Positions 40,585 through 49,662 of a stretch of DNA of 64,000 nucleotides are shown one piece after another; the first letter of the stretch is position 1; the number at the start of each line of letters is the position of its first letter. The position numbers and the translations under genes were made by a program. The notes beneath the pieces are model-generated. The model had not been told where the DNA came from. It searched no databases and saw nothing but the letters and a program-made list of their open reading frames with translations. The DNA is from a virus (lineage: Duplodnaviria; Heunggongvirae; Uroviricota; Caudoviricetes), in the IMG/VR virus record IMGVR_UViG_3300010388_000318, positions 14,190 to 78,189 of that record; one strand, given 5' to 3'.

Positions 40585-40797
40585 TTACTCCATTCCTAGA
40601 TGTTCACGAAGTGCTTGTTCGTCGATATCGCTCATACCGATCATTGGCTTTGACCAATTGCAAATTTCCTGAACAAGAAGTTTGGCAAACACATCAAGAT
40701 CAAACTCCCAATAAAGGTGTCCTCTGACCTTTGCTCTATCTTCAATCTCTTTAAGAGTCACAATCCAACCCCTTGGTTGAACTTCTTGATGAACCAA
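40585..40797 (-). CDS. hypothetical small protein (70 aa)
   Basis: Small ORF; overlaps the ligase gene end. Confidence 0.3.
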   Translation of the reverse strand: MVHQEVQPRGWIVTLKEIEDRAKVRGHLYWEFDLDVFAKLLVQEICNWSKPMIGMSDIDEQALREHLGME

Positions 40798-41813
40798 GGA
40801 CGTGCTTCGTTAGCAATTGCGCTACCAAGCTTCTTAGGATCGATCTGGCTAGCCACAATGGTATCCATCTCTTCCTTAAGAACGTCATTGTATACCCAAC
40901 GAATGAAGTCACCCATGCTCTTCATTTCAAAGGGCAGAAGCTGTTCACGTACTAGGTTGTCCAAGCCCTGTTCAAGACGTGCTTCAGTGACAGTTGCAGC
41001 GACGAAAGCCCTAATGTTTTCGACAGCCTCAACATCCACAGCAGCGAGAGTACGTACCTTTGAAACAGAATGCTTTTCACCCTTGACCTTAAACCAAGTA
41101 CCGGAGTCATTCCATCCTTCAGATACACATGTCCATACAACGCCTTCACCGATTCCAGAGACCCCGAAATACTTTCCAACTGGACATTCATTTTCAACTG
41201 CCTCTGTAATTTCGATCATCTTGTTCTGAGCAATCTCAGGGAACTTGAAGTCGATATCTGCTTCCCAAGTTGGGAATGTGTCGATGTTGAATACACCATC
41301 TTCAGGAAGATGGATATCAAACTCACCAACAGGCAACCAATGAGTAGTATCATCAGAGAGGACAGCCTTGACAGCAAACACAACAAACATCTTAGGAAGT
41401 TGTGAAAGTGCAACACCCTTCTGAATACCACTACCACACCATTCGCCAAAGATGGCGATCTTCTTGATGGGTACGTGAGGAATCCAGATTTCGCTCATAG
41501 CCTGATTGACAACATCACGCCAAATAGATTCATTCTTCATTTGATGAAGCATGAAACCAGCGTTATCCTGTGTCAAAGACAGCACACGCTCACGAGACTG
41601 AAATGTGAAGCTATCAGTGTCAACATCATACACGATACCAGCATTGGTACCATGAAGCTTTACAGTGCCACGAAACTTCAGTGTAGGGAGAGGCTTAGAT
41701 GCATCATAGATAGCATCGCCATTCTCATCCTTACCAGCGTAACGGGTGTGTGTTTGTACGTGACGAATCACATTACGAAATTGTTCAACGCTAGGAAATT
41801 TAATCATTTTCAC
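40758..41813 (-). CDS. RNA ligase, Rnl2 family
   Basis: Motif I KFRGTVKLHGTNAGI (KxHGxN, as T4 Rnl2 EKIHGTNFS); nucleotidyltransferase-like layout; located near tRNA genes. Confidence 0.6.
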   Translation of the reverse strand: MKMIKFPSVEQFRNVIRHVQTHTRYAGKDENGDAIYDASKPLPTLKFRGTVKLHGTNAGIVYDVDTDSFTFQSRERVLSLTQDNAGFMLHQMKNESIWRDVVNQAMSEIWIPHVPIKKIAIFGEWCGSGIQKGVALSQLPKMFVVFAVKAVLSDDTTHWLPVGEFDIHLPEDGVFNIDTFPTWEADIDFKFPEIAQNKMIEITEAVENECPVGKYFGVSGIGEGVVWTCVSEGWNDSGTWFKVKGEKHSVSKVRTLAAVDVEAVENIRAFVAATVTEARLEQGLDNLVREQLLPFEMKSMGDFIRWVYNDVLKEEMDTIVASQIDPKKLGSAIANEARPWFIKKFNQGVGL

Positions 41814-42029
41814 TTACTCCATCATATTTGTTGACACCCTTATAGGGATAACAAACAAGGATGTCAACAAATTAAATTACACTACCAAACATAATGATTT
41901 CAACCCATGTATCAAAAATTTCTTGCTTGATTTCATCGTCAATGCTTAGAAACTCATCTCTGATTCCTGCACGATACATAATATCATCCATGATATCTTC
42001 AACAATCTTTTCAGCCGTTTCTTTTTTCA

Positions 42030-42413
42030 TTACATTGTTCCCTTAATATAACCGTAACCAAGGTCAAAGCAATACTCAAGGCGCTCATAACCGTAGAACT
42101 TCATGTCTTCAAGTTCGCCTTCAGCATCAGCGATGATTTCGATGGCACGAACACGATCAACACCTTGAACCAGAGCCATCGTATCCTTGATACGCTGTTC
42201 AAAGCGATCACGATTGATAACCTGCTGCTTCTTCTCTTCTTCCATCTGTTCATTCAGACGAACAACAAGACGCTCATAATCAGCATCAAATTCTTCCATC
42301 GAAGCAAACTGAGCATAACGAGGACGGCTACCATATACGTCCTTATACAGGTCCGAATAGATATCGCCATCATGCGAGTTGGTCAGAGCGTTAATGTCCC
42401 GAAGAGTAAGCAT
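42030..42413 (-). CDS. hypothetical protein (127 aa)
   Basis: Intact ORF. Confidence 0.35.
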   Translation of the reverse strand: MLTLRDINALTNSHDGDIYSDLYKDVYGSRPRYAQFASMEEFDADYERLVVRLNEQMEEEKKQQVINRDRFEQRIKDTMALVQGVDRVRAIEIIADAEGELEDMKFYGYERLEYCFDLGYGYIKGTM

Positions 42414-42450
42414 TTTGAAGTCCTTTCGCTTTCGATGGACCCCTTATATG

Positions 42451-42804
42451 TTATGATTCGTGTTTGGTCAAGAGGTTTTTTGCTCTTTCTTTTACCCATG
42501 GGTCAAAAGGCAGAAAAGCACCAGATGCTCCTGTCCAATCGGCAAAGGCTTCATCATAAAAACCAATCTTTTTTGTCATACCCAAGGTGTTCCACATTTC
42601 CTGTAGAGACACCAATTCATCAGCCCATTGCTGCCACTTATCATCAGGCACAACATTGTCATCCATGTGATAGTAGATATATGAATGAACCAGCATTTGA
42701 ATGCGGCGCTGACGAATCTTTTCAGATAACGTCTGCACCGCATTCACCATAGGGTCTTCAGGTTCGTCTTCAAGAAAGTCCAAAAGTGACACGGATTTCC
42801 TCAA
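42451..42804 (-). CDS. hypothetical protein (117 aa)
   Basis: Intact ORF. Confidence 0.35.
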   Translation of the reverse strand: MRKSVSLLDFLEDEPEDPMVNAVQTLSEKIRQRRIQMLVHSYIYYHMDDNVVPDDKWQQWADELVSLQEMWNTLGMTKKIGFYDEAFADWTGASGAFLPFDPWVKERAKNLLTKHES

Positions 42805-43348
42805 TCAAAGCAGCATCAGTTGAAACAACCCCAAGGCCATGTGAATGCGGGAAGTTCAGCTTAGGAAGGTCAATCTCATTGAAGAAACGACCAACGTCAT
42901 CAGGGAATGAGTATGTGTCATGGAACATGATCAGTCCACCTTCACGGACAAACGGACTCCAAGTCTTATAATCATTGCTCACTGCATCATAGATATGATA
43001 TCCATCAATGTGAAGAATGTCGATAGGCTTATCCCATGTCTTGGCTAGCTCATTGAAGTCTGCCTTGATGATTTCCACATTATCAAACTGATAGGTGTTC
43101 TTGAAACCAACTACCTTGTCATAGGCATTACGGAAACCAGCATTGGCATCACCTTCGAACCAATCAACACCATAAACAGTGCCGATTTCATCCAGAGCAA
43201 ATGCGAATGTCGAGAAACCATAGTCAACGCCAAGGTCAACAGTAGTTGTTGGCTGTAGACGATTGACAGCCCAACGAGCAAAATCGAAGTGACCTGTCCA
43301 TGCAGATAGAATGTTCTTCACTGCATAAATTTTAGCGTTCTTATCCAT
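42770..43348 (-). CDS. class I SAM-dependent O-methyltransferase (CmcI/Methyltransf_24-like), likely sugar-modifying
   Basis: [14 protein letters not shown] ... [13 protein letters not shown] ... GGLIMFHDT pattern; last gene of the rml operon, overlapping rmlB. Confidence 0.55.
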   Translation of the reverse strand: MDKNAKIYAVKNILSAWTGHFDFARWAVNRLQPTTTVDLGVDYGFSTFAFALDEIGTVYGVDWFEGDANAGFRNAYDKVVGFKNTYQFDNVEIIKADFNELAKTWDKPIDILHIDGYHIYDAVSNDYKTWSPFVREGGLIMFHDTYSFPDDVGRFFNEIDLPKLNFPHSHGLGVVSTDAALIEEIRVTFGLS

Positions 43349-44378
43349 TACCTAATCTTTCTCCAAAATATTTCTTATTGCGTAGTGGTTTCCACCACCA
43401 TTCATTTTCTAGATACCAATCAATAGTCTTTTCTAGACCAGTTTCAAATGATTCTTGTGCATTCCAATTAAGCTCATTCTCAATCTTTGAAGGATCAATA
43501 GCATAGCGACGATCATGACCGGGCCTATCCTTCACCATCCTAATCAAATCATGGCGATATACTCCATCATTCATCTTCTTGTCAACAATGGTGCAAATCG
43601 CCTGTACGACCTCTAAGTTGGTGCGCTCTTCACGACCACCAATGCAATATGTTTCACCGACTTCACCATAGATTGCGGCCCTTACCAGTGCTCTTGCATG
43701 ATCATCCACATAAAGCCAATCACGAACATTCTCACCAGTTCCATACACTGGCAGTTCTTTTCCTTCAATCGCATTAAGAATGTTCAAAGGAATAAGCTTC
43801 TCAGGGAAGTGATATGGACCATAGTTGTTAGAGCAATTCGTCACGATGACAGGAAGACCATATGTTTCATGCCATGCCCTCACAAAGTGATCAGACGAAG
43901 CCTTAGAGGCTGAATATGGCGAACTAGGTGCATATGATGTTGCCTCAGTAAACACACCACTATCAAATGGCAAGTCACCAAACACTTCATCAGTTGAAAC
44001 GTGATGTAAAACAAAAAGATTATTTTTTGATTTCCAATAGTGCAGACATGCCTCTAGAAGCTTATACGTACCAACCACGTTTGTATGGATGAAAGCAAAA
44101 GGATTATCGATTGAACGATCAACATGACTTTCAGCAGCCAAGTTCATACAGATATCAATATTATGACCATCAAGTGTCATGGCCATAAGGTTCTCATTGG
44201 CAATATCACCATGCACAAAAACAAAGCGTTCATTGTTTACAATGTCACGAAGAGAATCCATGTTACCAGCATATGTTAGCTTGTCATAGCATACGACATA
44301 ATGTCCCTCTTGGATCAATAGGCGACATACAGCAGAACCAATGAAGCCAGCACCGCCTGTTACTAGAAACCTTATCAT
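43341..44378 (-). CDS. rmlB: dTDP-glucose 4,6-dehydratase
   Basis: [21 protein letters not shown] Rossmann motif, [11 protein letters not shown] catalytic YxxxK, 345 aa typical length. Confidence 0.85.
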   Translation of the reverse strand: MIRFLVTGGAGFIGSAVCRLLIQEGHYVVCYDKLTYAGNMDSLRDIVNNERFVFVHGDIANENLMAMTLDGHNIDICMNLAAESHVDRSIDNPFAFIHTNVVGTYKLLEACLHYWKSKNNLFVLHHVSTDEVFGDLPFDSGVFTEATSYAPSSPYSASKASSDHFVRAWHETYGLPVIVTNCSNNYGPYHFPEKLIPLNILNAIEGKELPVYGTGENVRDWLYVDDHARALVRAAIYGEVGETYCIGGREERTNLEVVQAICTIVDKKMNDGVYRHDLIRMVKDRPGHDRRYAIDPSKIENELNWNAQESFETGLEKTIDWYLENEWWWKPLRNKKYFGERLGNG

Positions 44379-44905
44379 AATACAATATCCTTGAATAGTG
44401 GTGCGGCTGCATCTTTCTCAGAGATTTCTGATGCTCCTAGAAACGCCCAATCAATGTTAAGATCAGGATCATTCCAAAGGATGGAACCTTCACTTTCCTT
44501 GTTATACACATTGTCTACCTTATAGACCACAACAGCATTAGATGTTAGTGTCATAAAGCCATGGGCAAACCCCTTGGGAATAAATAGCTGCCTAGCATTA
44601 TCTGAAGATAGCACAGCACAAACATGTTGTCCATATGTAGGTGATTCTGGACGAATGTCTACAGCAACATCAAGGATCGATCCCCATGCACAACGAACTA
44701 GCTTTGTCTGTGCGTATATTCCACGTTGAAAGTGAAGACCACGTACAGTACCTATCTTATACGAAATACTTTGATTGTCTTGTACCCAACGAGGCATCTG
44801 CAAATGATCAACATAAACTTCTGAGAATACGCCTCTGTCATCCTTGAATTGAGTAGGCTGTATAATCAACACACCATCAATATGCGTATAATTAAAAGAA
44901 GTCAT
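44375..44905 (-). CDS. rmlC: dTDP-4-dehydrorhamnose 3,5-epimerase
   Basis: 176 aa cupin; [40 protein letters not shown] motifs typical of RmlC. Confidence 0.8.
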   Translation of the reverse strand: MTSFNYTHIDGVLIIQPTQFKDDRGVFSEVYVDHLQMPRWVQDNQSISYKIGTVRGLHFQRGIYAQTKLVRCAWGSILDVAVDIRPESPTYGQHVCAVLSSDNARQLFIPKGFAHGFMTLTSNAVVVYKVDNVYNKESEGSILWNDPDLNIDWAFLGASEISEKDAAAPLFKDIVL

Positions 44906-45773
44906 CGTGATTTGCTTTCTTCACCAGATACGCACCATAATCAGTCTTGCTAAACATTTTTGCACGTTCTAGCACCTGTTCCTGACTCATCCAACCATTG
45001 TTATAGGCAATTTCTTCAAGACATGCAATCTTCATACCCTGCCTACGTTCAATCGTACCAACGAATGAGCTAGCTTCCAATAGGCTTTCATGGGTACCAG
45101 TGTCAAGCCATGCATAGCCATAACCAAGCTTCTCAACACGTAGCTGTTGATTGTCTAGATAAATCTGGTTAACGTCTGTGATTTCAAGCTCACCACGACC
45201 AGAAGGCTTAATCGACTTTGCGATATCCACAACATCATTGGTGTAGAAGTACAGACCAGTTACAGCCCAATTTGACTTAGGCTTTGAAGGCTTCTCAACG
45301 ATAGAGTTTGGACGGCCCTTCTTATCGAAACCAACAACACCGTAGCGTTCTGGATCATCAACATGATAGGCAAAGACGGTTGACTTTCCAAGAGGGAAAC
45401 AACGTGCAGTCTGTAGCTTGTCCCATAGACCATTACCATGATAGATGTTATCACCAAGGATCAAGGCAACATCATCACCACCAATAAACTCTTCACCAAT
45501 CAGGAATGCTTCAGCAATACCTGCGGGAATTTCTTGTTCTGCATAAGTGATCTTGATACCATATTGCGAACCATCACCTAGAAGGTTCTGGAATGCAATC
45601 TTATCACGTGGCATGACGATAATCAAGATATCACTAATACCCGCTTGCATCAGTGTAGCAAGCGGGTAGTAGATCATTGGCTTATCATATACCGGAAGTA
45701 GTTGTTTTGAAATGCTTAGGGTAGCGGGATACAACCTTGTCCCGTTACCAGCGGCCATGATAATGCCCTTCAT
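44892..45773 (-). CDS. rmlA: glucose-1-phosphate thymidylyltransferase
   Basis: [38 protein letters not shown] is the canonical RmlA N-terminus; 293 aa. Confidence 0.85.
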   Translation of the reverse strand: MKGIIMAAGNGTRLYPATLSISKQLLPVYDKPMIYYPLATLMQAGISDILIIVMPRDKIAFQNLLGDGSQYGIKITYAEQEIPAGIAEAFLIGEEFIGGDDVALILGDNIYHGNGLWDKLQTARCFPLGKSTVFAYHVDDPERYGVVGFDKKGRPNSIVEKPSKPKSNWAVTGLYFYTNDVVDIAKSIKPSGRGELEITDVNQIYLDNQQLRVEKLGYGYAWLDTGTHESLLEASSFVGTIERRQGMKIACLEEIAYNNGWMSQEQVLERAKMFSKTDYGAYLVKKANHDDFF

Positions 45774-45783
45774 AGTGTCTCCA

Positions 45784-46164
45784 TTAGATAATCAAAAGAT
45801 ATGCGATCAGTATATATGTCAGAGAATGAATCAGTTGATCAAATCCCATCAAAATCCAAAATTCATTGTGTGTGTTGGCACCCCAGCCCTTCTTCTTATT
45901 ATACCACATCTTGAACCAGTCCATATGATAATGGATCAAAAATTCAACAACAGCGATCACTCCTGCAATCGGAAATGTGGTGAATAGAAGAAGAATAAAA
46001 AATGTAGCAATACTATGACCGCCTGAGTGGAAGATGCCACCAATATGACCATATGTACCTTTGTTCTGCCACATAAACGGCGGCTGATACAAAAAGTCAA
46101 GAATAAAATGCTTTACTGTCAAAAGCAGCAAAACAAGCAAAATAGCATTAGCTGTCATATTCAA
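45784..46164 (-). CDS. small integral membrane protein with His-cluster motifs (126 aa)
   Basis: Three to four hydrophobic helices; [12 protein letters not shown] and HYHMDW His motifs. Function unknown. Confidence 0.35.
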   Translation of the reverse strand: MNMTANAILLVLLLLTVKHFILDFLYQPPFMWQNKGTYGHIGGIFHSGGHSIATFFILLLFTTFPIAGVIAVVEFLIHYHMDWFKMWYNKKKGWGANTHNEFWILMGFDQLIHSLTYILIAYLLII

Positions 46165-46765
46165 TTCCTAGCGAATCATACAGAGTGGAAATCCACTTGT
46201 TTGCACCATCGTTACGTTCACGTTCCTTAAGAAGCTCAGTCTCGTGATACGTAACATCCTTGTATGCATGTTCCAAAGCTTCTTTGTACTTATCAAGGGG
46301 ATTAGCCTTGCTAAGCGCAGTGAGACGTTCCATGGCATACTTGGTGTCACAGTCATGTCTGATTGATTCGATGATTTGTTCGATCATGAACTTCTTGAGG
46401 TTTTCATGGTCGGGTGTTGGCGGGAACCAGTTGTATGCCTTTTCAAGCATAGCATCATACTTGTTCCTTAGAGAAACTTTCTTGTTGAAATATTCTTGAT
46501 TTGAAGCAGTTTCTTCTGCAATTACCTGCTTACCATAAGCAGTGCGATCATTCACACCCCTCATTGCTTCAAGCTTGGCAACTTCAGCCTTTGCACGAGA
46601 AAGAGCATCAATATGATAGCTACCTTCAATGCCACGAAGCTTTGGCTTTTCTTTACTAGAATTGTCACGCTGATGCAAACATGCACCAAATGCACGTGCA
46701 CAACCTAGAATGTAGTCTTCAAAAGTGATATCATTCTCAATATCAGCAGTGTATCCTGTAGGCAT
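46148..46765 (-). CDS. hypothetical protein (205 aa)
   Basis: Intact ORF; first gene after the tRNA at 46785. Confidence 0.4.
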   Translation of the reverse strand: MPTGYTADIENDITFEDYILGCARAFGACLHQRDNSSKEKPKLRGIEGSYHIDALSRAKAEVAKLEAMRGVNDRTAYGKQVIAEETASNQEYFNKKVSLRNKYDAMLEKAYNWFPPTPDHENLKKFMIEQIIESIRHDCDTKYAMERLTALSKANPLDKYKEALEHAYKDVTYHETELLKERERNDGANKWISTLYDSLGIEYDS

Positions 46766-46784
46766 TATATAATTCCTTCAAAAA

Positions 46785-46860
46785 TGGTAGGGATAGCGAG
46801 ATTCGAACTCGCACTGAAGAGATTTTAAGTCTCCTGCCTCTGCCTATTGGGCTATATCCC
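46785..46860 (-). tRNA. class I (short variable arm) tRNA with anticodon UAA (Leu codon UUA); G1-U72, A73, CCA encoded
   Basis: GGGGATA-TA-GCCC-AATAGGCAG-AGGC-A-GGAGA-[CTTAAAA]-TCTCT-TCAGT-GCGAG-TTCGAAT-CTCGC-TATCCCT-A-CCA. Confidence 0.55.
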
Positions 46861-46864
46861 CATA

Positions 46865-47083
46865 TTAAAACATATTAACAATTCTCAGAGTATTGGTAGT
46901 GCTTGTGAAGTATGACACGTTGTCTTCGAACCTATCAATCTCATAATCTATCAATACTCCATATTGACTTTCAAGGTCTTCTGTAAAGTTATCGATATTA
47001 CCGATCATGAAGTCAAATAAGTCTTCCACGTTTTGGAACATATACCTGCAATTGTCAATATGAAACAGATAATATTCCTGCAT
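46865..47083 (-). CDS. hypothetical small protein (72 aa)
   Basis: Intact small ORF. Confidence 0.3.
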   Translation of the reverse strand: MQEYYLFHIDNCRYMFQNVEDLFDFMIGNIDNFTEDLESQYGVLIDYEIDRFEDNVSYFTSTTNTLRIVNMF

Positions 47084-47106
47084 TATTTATACCTCAAAAA
47101 ATCACT

Positions 47107-47358
47107 TTATACGTTATCCCATACATGAGATAGAATCCCATGTTCATGAAACATTTGAAGAGCAAACTCACGACCACGACGAATCCATTCATCCTTGGTC
47201 ATGTCGTTCAGACGGTATATATATTCGCTCTGTGTTTCATACACATTATGGCTTTTGCAAAGATCGAAGATGTAATAGAAATACCCTTCACCCTTGACCA
47301 GTTCCAAAGGAAGATTATCTTCTTTGAAGACCTTGTTGATGCTGCGAATTTGAACCAT
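47107..47358 (-). CDS. hypothetical small protein (83 aa)
   Basis: Intact small ORF. Confidence 0.3.
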   Translation of the reverse strand: MVQIRSINKVFKEDNLPLELVKGEGYFYYIFDLCKSHNVYETQSEYIYRLNDMTKDEWIRRGREFALQMFHEHGILSHVWDNV

Positions 47359-47449
47359 CTGTTTTCTCCTTCACAGGATATGTATATGAGATGTGGCGGA
47401 ACGTCAAGCGATAAATACTCTATAACCTAATATTCTCACTCAGAGGTAA

Positions 47450-48379
47450 ATGATGCAAAGTTTTAAGAAATTTTTGGAAGAATCTAAGTTCAACAAAGGG
47501 ACTATCATCTTTGCTGAGCCTGTCCATGGTAGCCACTCTAAGCCACCACAACAGCCAAAGCTTATTGATAAAGAACCTGTGCATGGTAAGCATTCTAAGC
47601 CAGTAGGCAAGCTCAAGGAAGATCGTGAAAATCTTTATAATCTTGATAAGGACGGCAATCAACACATAAAAGACTTTATTCGTAAAAACCCTAATAAACA
47701 TCTTGGGGATGATTCTTTTGAAGCGCATCTAACTCTAGACCCAACACGTGAGCATTTTGAAAAAAATCCTCATCATGCATCGCTGAAAAAATATTCAAAG
47801 CAATCATGGGATACCAATAAAGAGTTGATTAATAAGGCTTCAGGAAAGCCTTCTTTATTTGAACCAAAGATTCATGACTCAAAAACAGATATTGAATATA
47901 AGAATGAAAACGCTCAGATTCATAAAGAGCATGTTAATAGTCTAGACGCATCTTTTCATCATCCAAATGCTGTCTTACAACATGACGTGCATGTGTTTCA
48001 TGGAACCAATAAGTTCAATCCCGGTGAAGAAGCCAAGAAGGGTAGCGGTAGAATTACCATACCAACATATCTGTCAACATCGATTGATCCTAGAACAGCA
48101 CATGATTTTGCTGGTACTACTGAGGATTCTCATATCATTCATCTGCACCTTAAGAAGGGACAGAGAGCACATTATCTTGGAAGCCATTCAAACTTTGATA
48201 GTGAAAAGGAAGTGATGCTTCCTAGAAACTCAACACTACAAATTCATCCGACACCAACAGTTACACATAATGGTGATGGAACAAAGACACACATCTGGCA
48301 TGGCCATGTTGTTGGCGAAGCACACCCTGCTCCACGTAGACAAGAACACGACAAAGACCAATTGAAATTTAATTTCTAA
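47450..48379 (+). CDS. capsid-targeted ADP-ribosyltransferase-like protein (Alt-like injected effector), paralog 1
   Basis: N-terminus MMQSFKKFLEES resembles the T4 capsid-targeting sequence MKTYQEFIAE. NAD-binding-type motifs VFHGTN, YLSTS and EKEV; repeats PVHG(S/K)HSKP. Confidence 0.5.
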   Translation: MMQSFKKFLEESKFNKGTIIFAEPVHGSHSKPPQQPKLIDKEPVHGKHSKPVGKLKEDRENLYNLDKDGNQHIKDFIRKNPNKHLGDDSFEAHLTLDPTREHFEKNPHHASLKKYSKQSWDTNKELINKASGKPSLFEPKIHDSKTDIEYKNENAQIHKEHVNSLDASFHHPNAVLQHDVHVFHGTNKFNPGEEAKKGSGRITIPTYLSTSIDPRTAHDFAGTTEDSHIIHLHLKKGQRAHYLGSHSNFDSEKEVMLPRNSTLQIHPTPTVTHNGDGTKTHIWHGHVVGEAHPAPRRQEHDKDQLKFNF

Positions 48380-48389
48380 GGATAATAAG

Positions 48390-49343
48390 ATGAAAACATT
48401 TAAACAATTTATAGAATCAGAAAAAGTGCATACTCCTTCTCAGGAAAAACATTCCAAAAAGTATGTTGAGCCACCTATTGCTAATTATATTCCTTCACAT
48501 GGAAAGCATTCTATTGAAAAAAAATATGTAAAGAATTCTATTGAAAAAAAGTATGTTGAGCCACCTATTGCTAATTATACTCCTTCACATGGAAAGCATT
48601 CTGTACAGGAAGCCAAACTTCCTGAGACGATGGGTCATAAAGAATTTGAATCACACAACCCAAACCCTAAAATTCATCCTACTGTTACGGGTGTGCACGA
48701 GCATCTTGATCCACCAGAAGAAAAATGGAATAGATCACTAAGAAAACATGAAAGAGAAGCTGTTGCAGAATATACAGCATCAAGTGCTAGTACAAATCAT
48801 GAGCTTCTTGAAACTTCTAAGGGAAATCCTTCAAACTTTGAACATAAGCCAGAAGATAGTGCTTGGGATAAAGATTGGAAGGATGGTAATAAAGCAAGAC
48901 ACCATAAAATATTAAAGGGTCTAGACAGTGTTTTGAATAGATCGAGAGTGCCAAGAAACCTTACAGTGTATCATGGTATCAATGCCAAATCAAGTGAGAC
49001 ATTCAACCCCGGCGAACTTGCAAGTCAACATCCCGATAGACACATTAGAATGCCAGCATTTATATCAACTAGTGTCGATCCTGCTATTTCGTCTAGTTTT
49101 GCAAGACCGGAAAAGTGGGAAGGAACTGTAAAAAAACCCACTATCACACACATGCTTCGTATTAATTTAAAGCGTGGACAAAAAGGTTATAGATATGTCG
49201 GTGAACGCTCTTCAATTGCTGCTGAGCGTGAAGGTATTATAAGAAGAAACACTGTATTGAAAATTAGTGAGCACCCCACAGTAGTGCATCATCCAGAAAC
49301 TGGTGGACACATTCATGTGTGGGATGCTCACTTAGTTGATTAA
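48390..49343 (+). CDS. capsid-targeted ADP-ribosyltransferase-like protein, paralog 2
   Basis: N-terminus MKTFKQFIESE; VYHGIN, FISTS and AEREGI motifs collinear with paralog 1; internal 54-bp tandem duplication (48461-48514 and 48549-48602). Confidence 0.5.
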   Translation: MKTFKQFIESEKVHTPSQEKHSKKYVEPPIANYIPSHGKHSIEKKYVKNSIEKKYVEPPIANYTPSHGKHSVQEAKLPETMGHKEFESHNPNPKIHPTVTGVHEHLDPPEEKWNRSLRKHEREAVAEYTASSASTNHELLETSKGNPSNFEHKPEDSAWDKDWKDGNKARHHKILKGLDSVLNRSRVPRNLTVYHGINAKSSETFNPGELASQHPDRHIRMPAFISTSVDPAISSSFARPEKWEGTVKKPTITHMLRINLKRGQKGYRYVGERSSIAAEREGIIRRNTVLKISEHPTVVHHPETGGHIHVWDAHLVD

Positions 49344-49651
49344 CGCTGGTAACGATATCCTACTGCCCAGATATCGTTGTACATGTCATGAAGACGTTCA
49401 TCACCAACTGAATTCTTGAAGTTGGTGTAGTCGATATCCATGATACGCTTTACCATCAAATCAGCAAGCTTTTGCTTGGTGGTAAAGATACGATACTTGT
49501 AGTCTGATCCAGCCATCACGACAATTTCTTCGTCGGGAAACTGGTTCTCTAGATGCTCACGCATACGAGCACGGATAACAAGGCTCTGTCCAGTAGGATC
49601 ATTCCAATCTCGAACAGCACTGATAAAACCATCATTTTGCATTAGCCACAT
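49340..49651 (-). CDS. hypothetical protein (103 aa)
   Basis: Intact ORF convergent with the transferase pair. Confidence 0.35.
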   Translation of the reverse strand: MWLMQNDGFISAVRDWNDPTGQSLVIRARMREHLENQFPDEEIVVMAGSDYKYRIFTTKQKLADLMVKRIMDIDYTNFKNSVGDERLHDMYNDIWAVGYRYQR

Positions 49652-49662
49652 AATATATACCT

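Noticed and set aside
40717-41405. Plus-strand ORFs of 170 and 111 aa inside the RNA ligase gene
   Set aside because: Antisense to a gene with clear catalytic motifs; no start context.
42165-42752. 195-aa plus-strand ORF
   Set aside because: Spans two minus-strand genes and the intergenic gap in antisense; no coding features.
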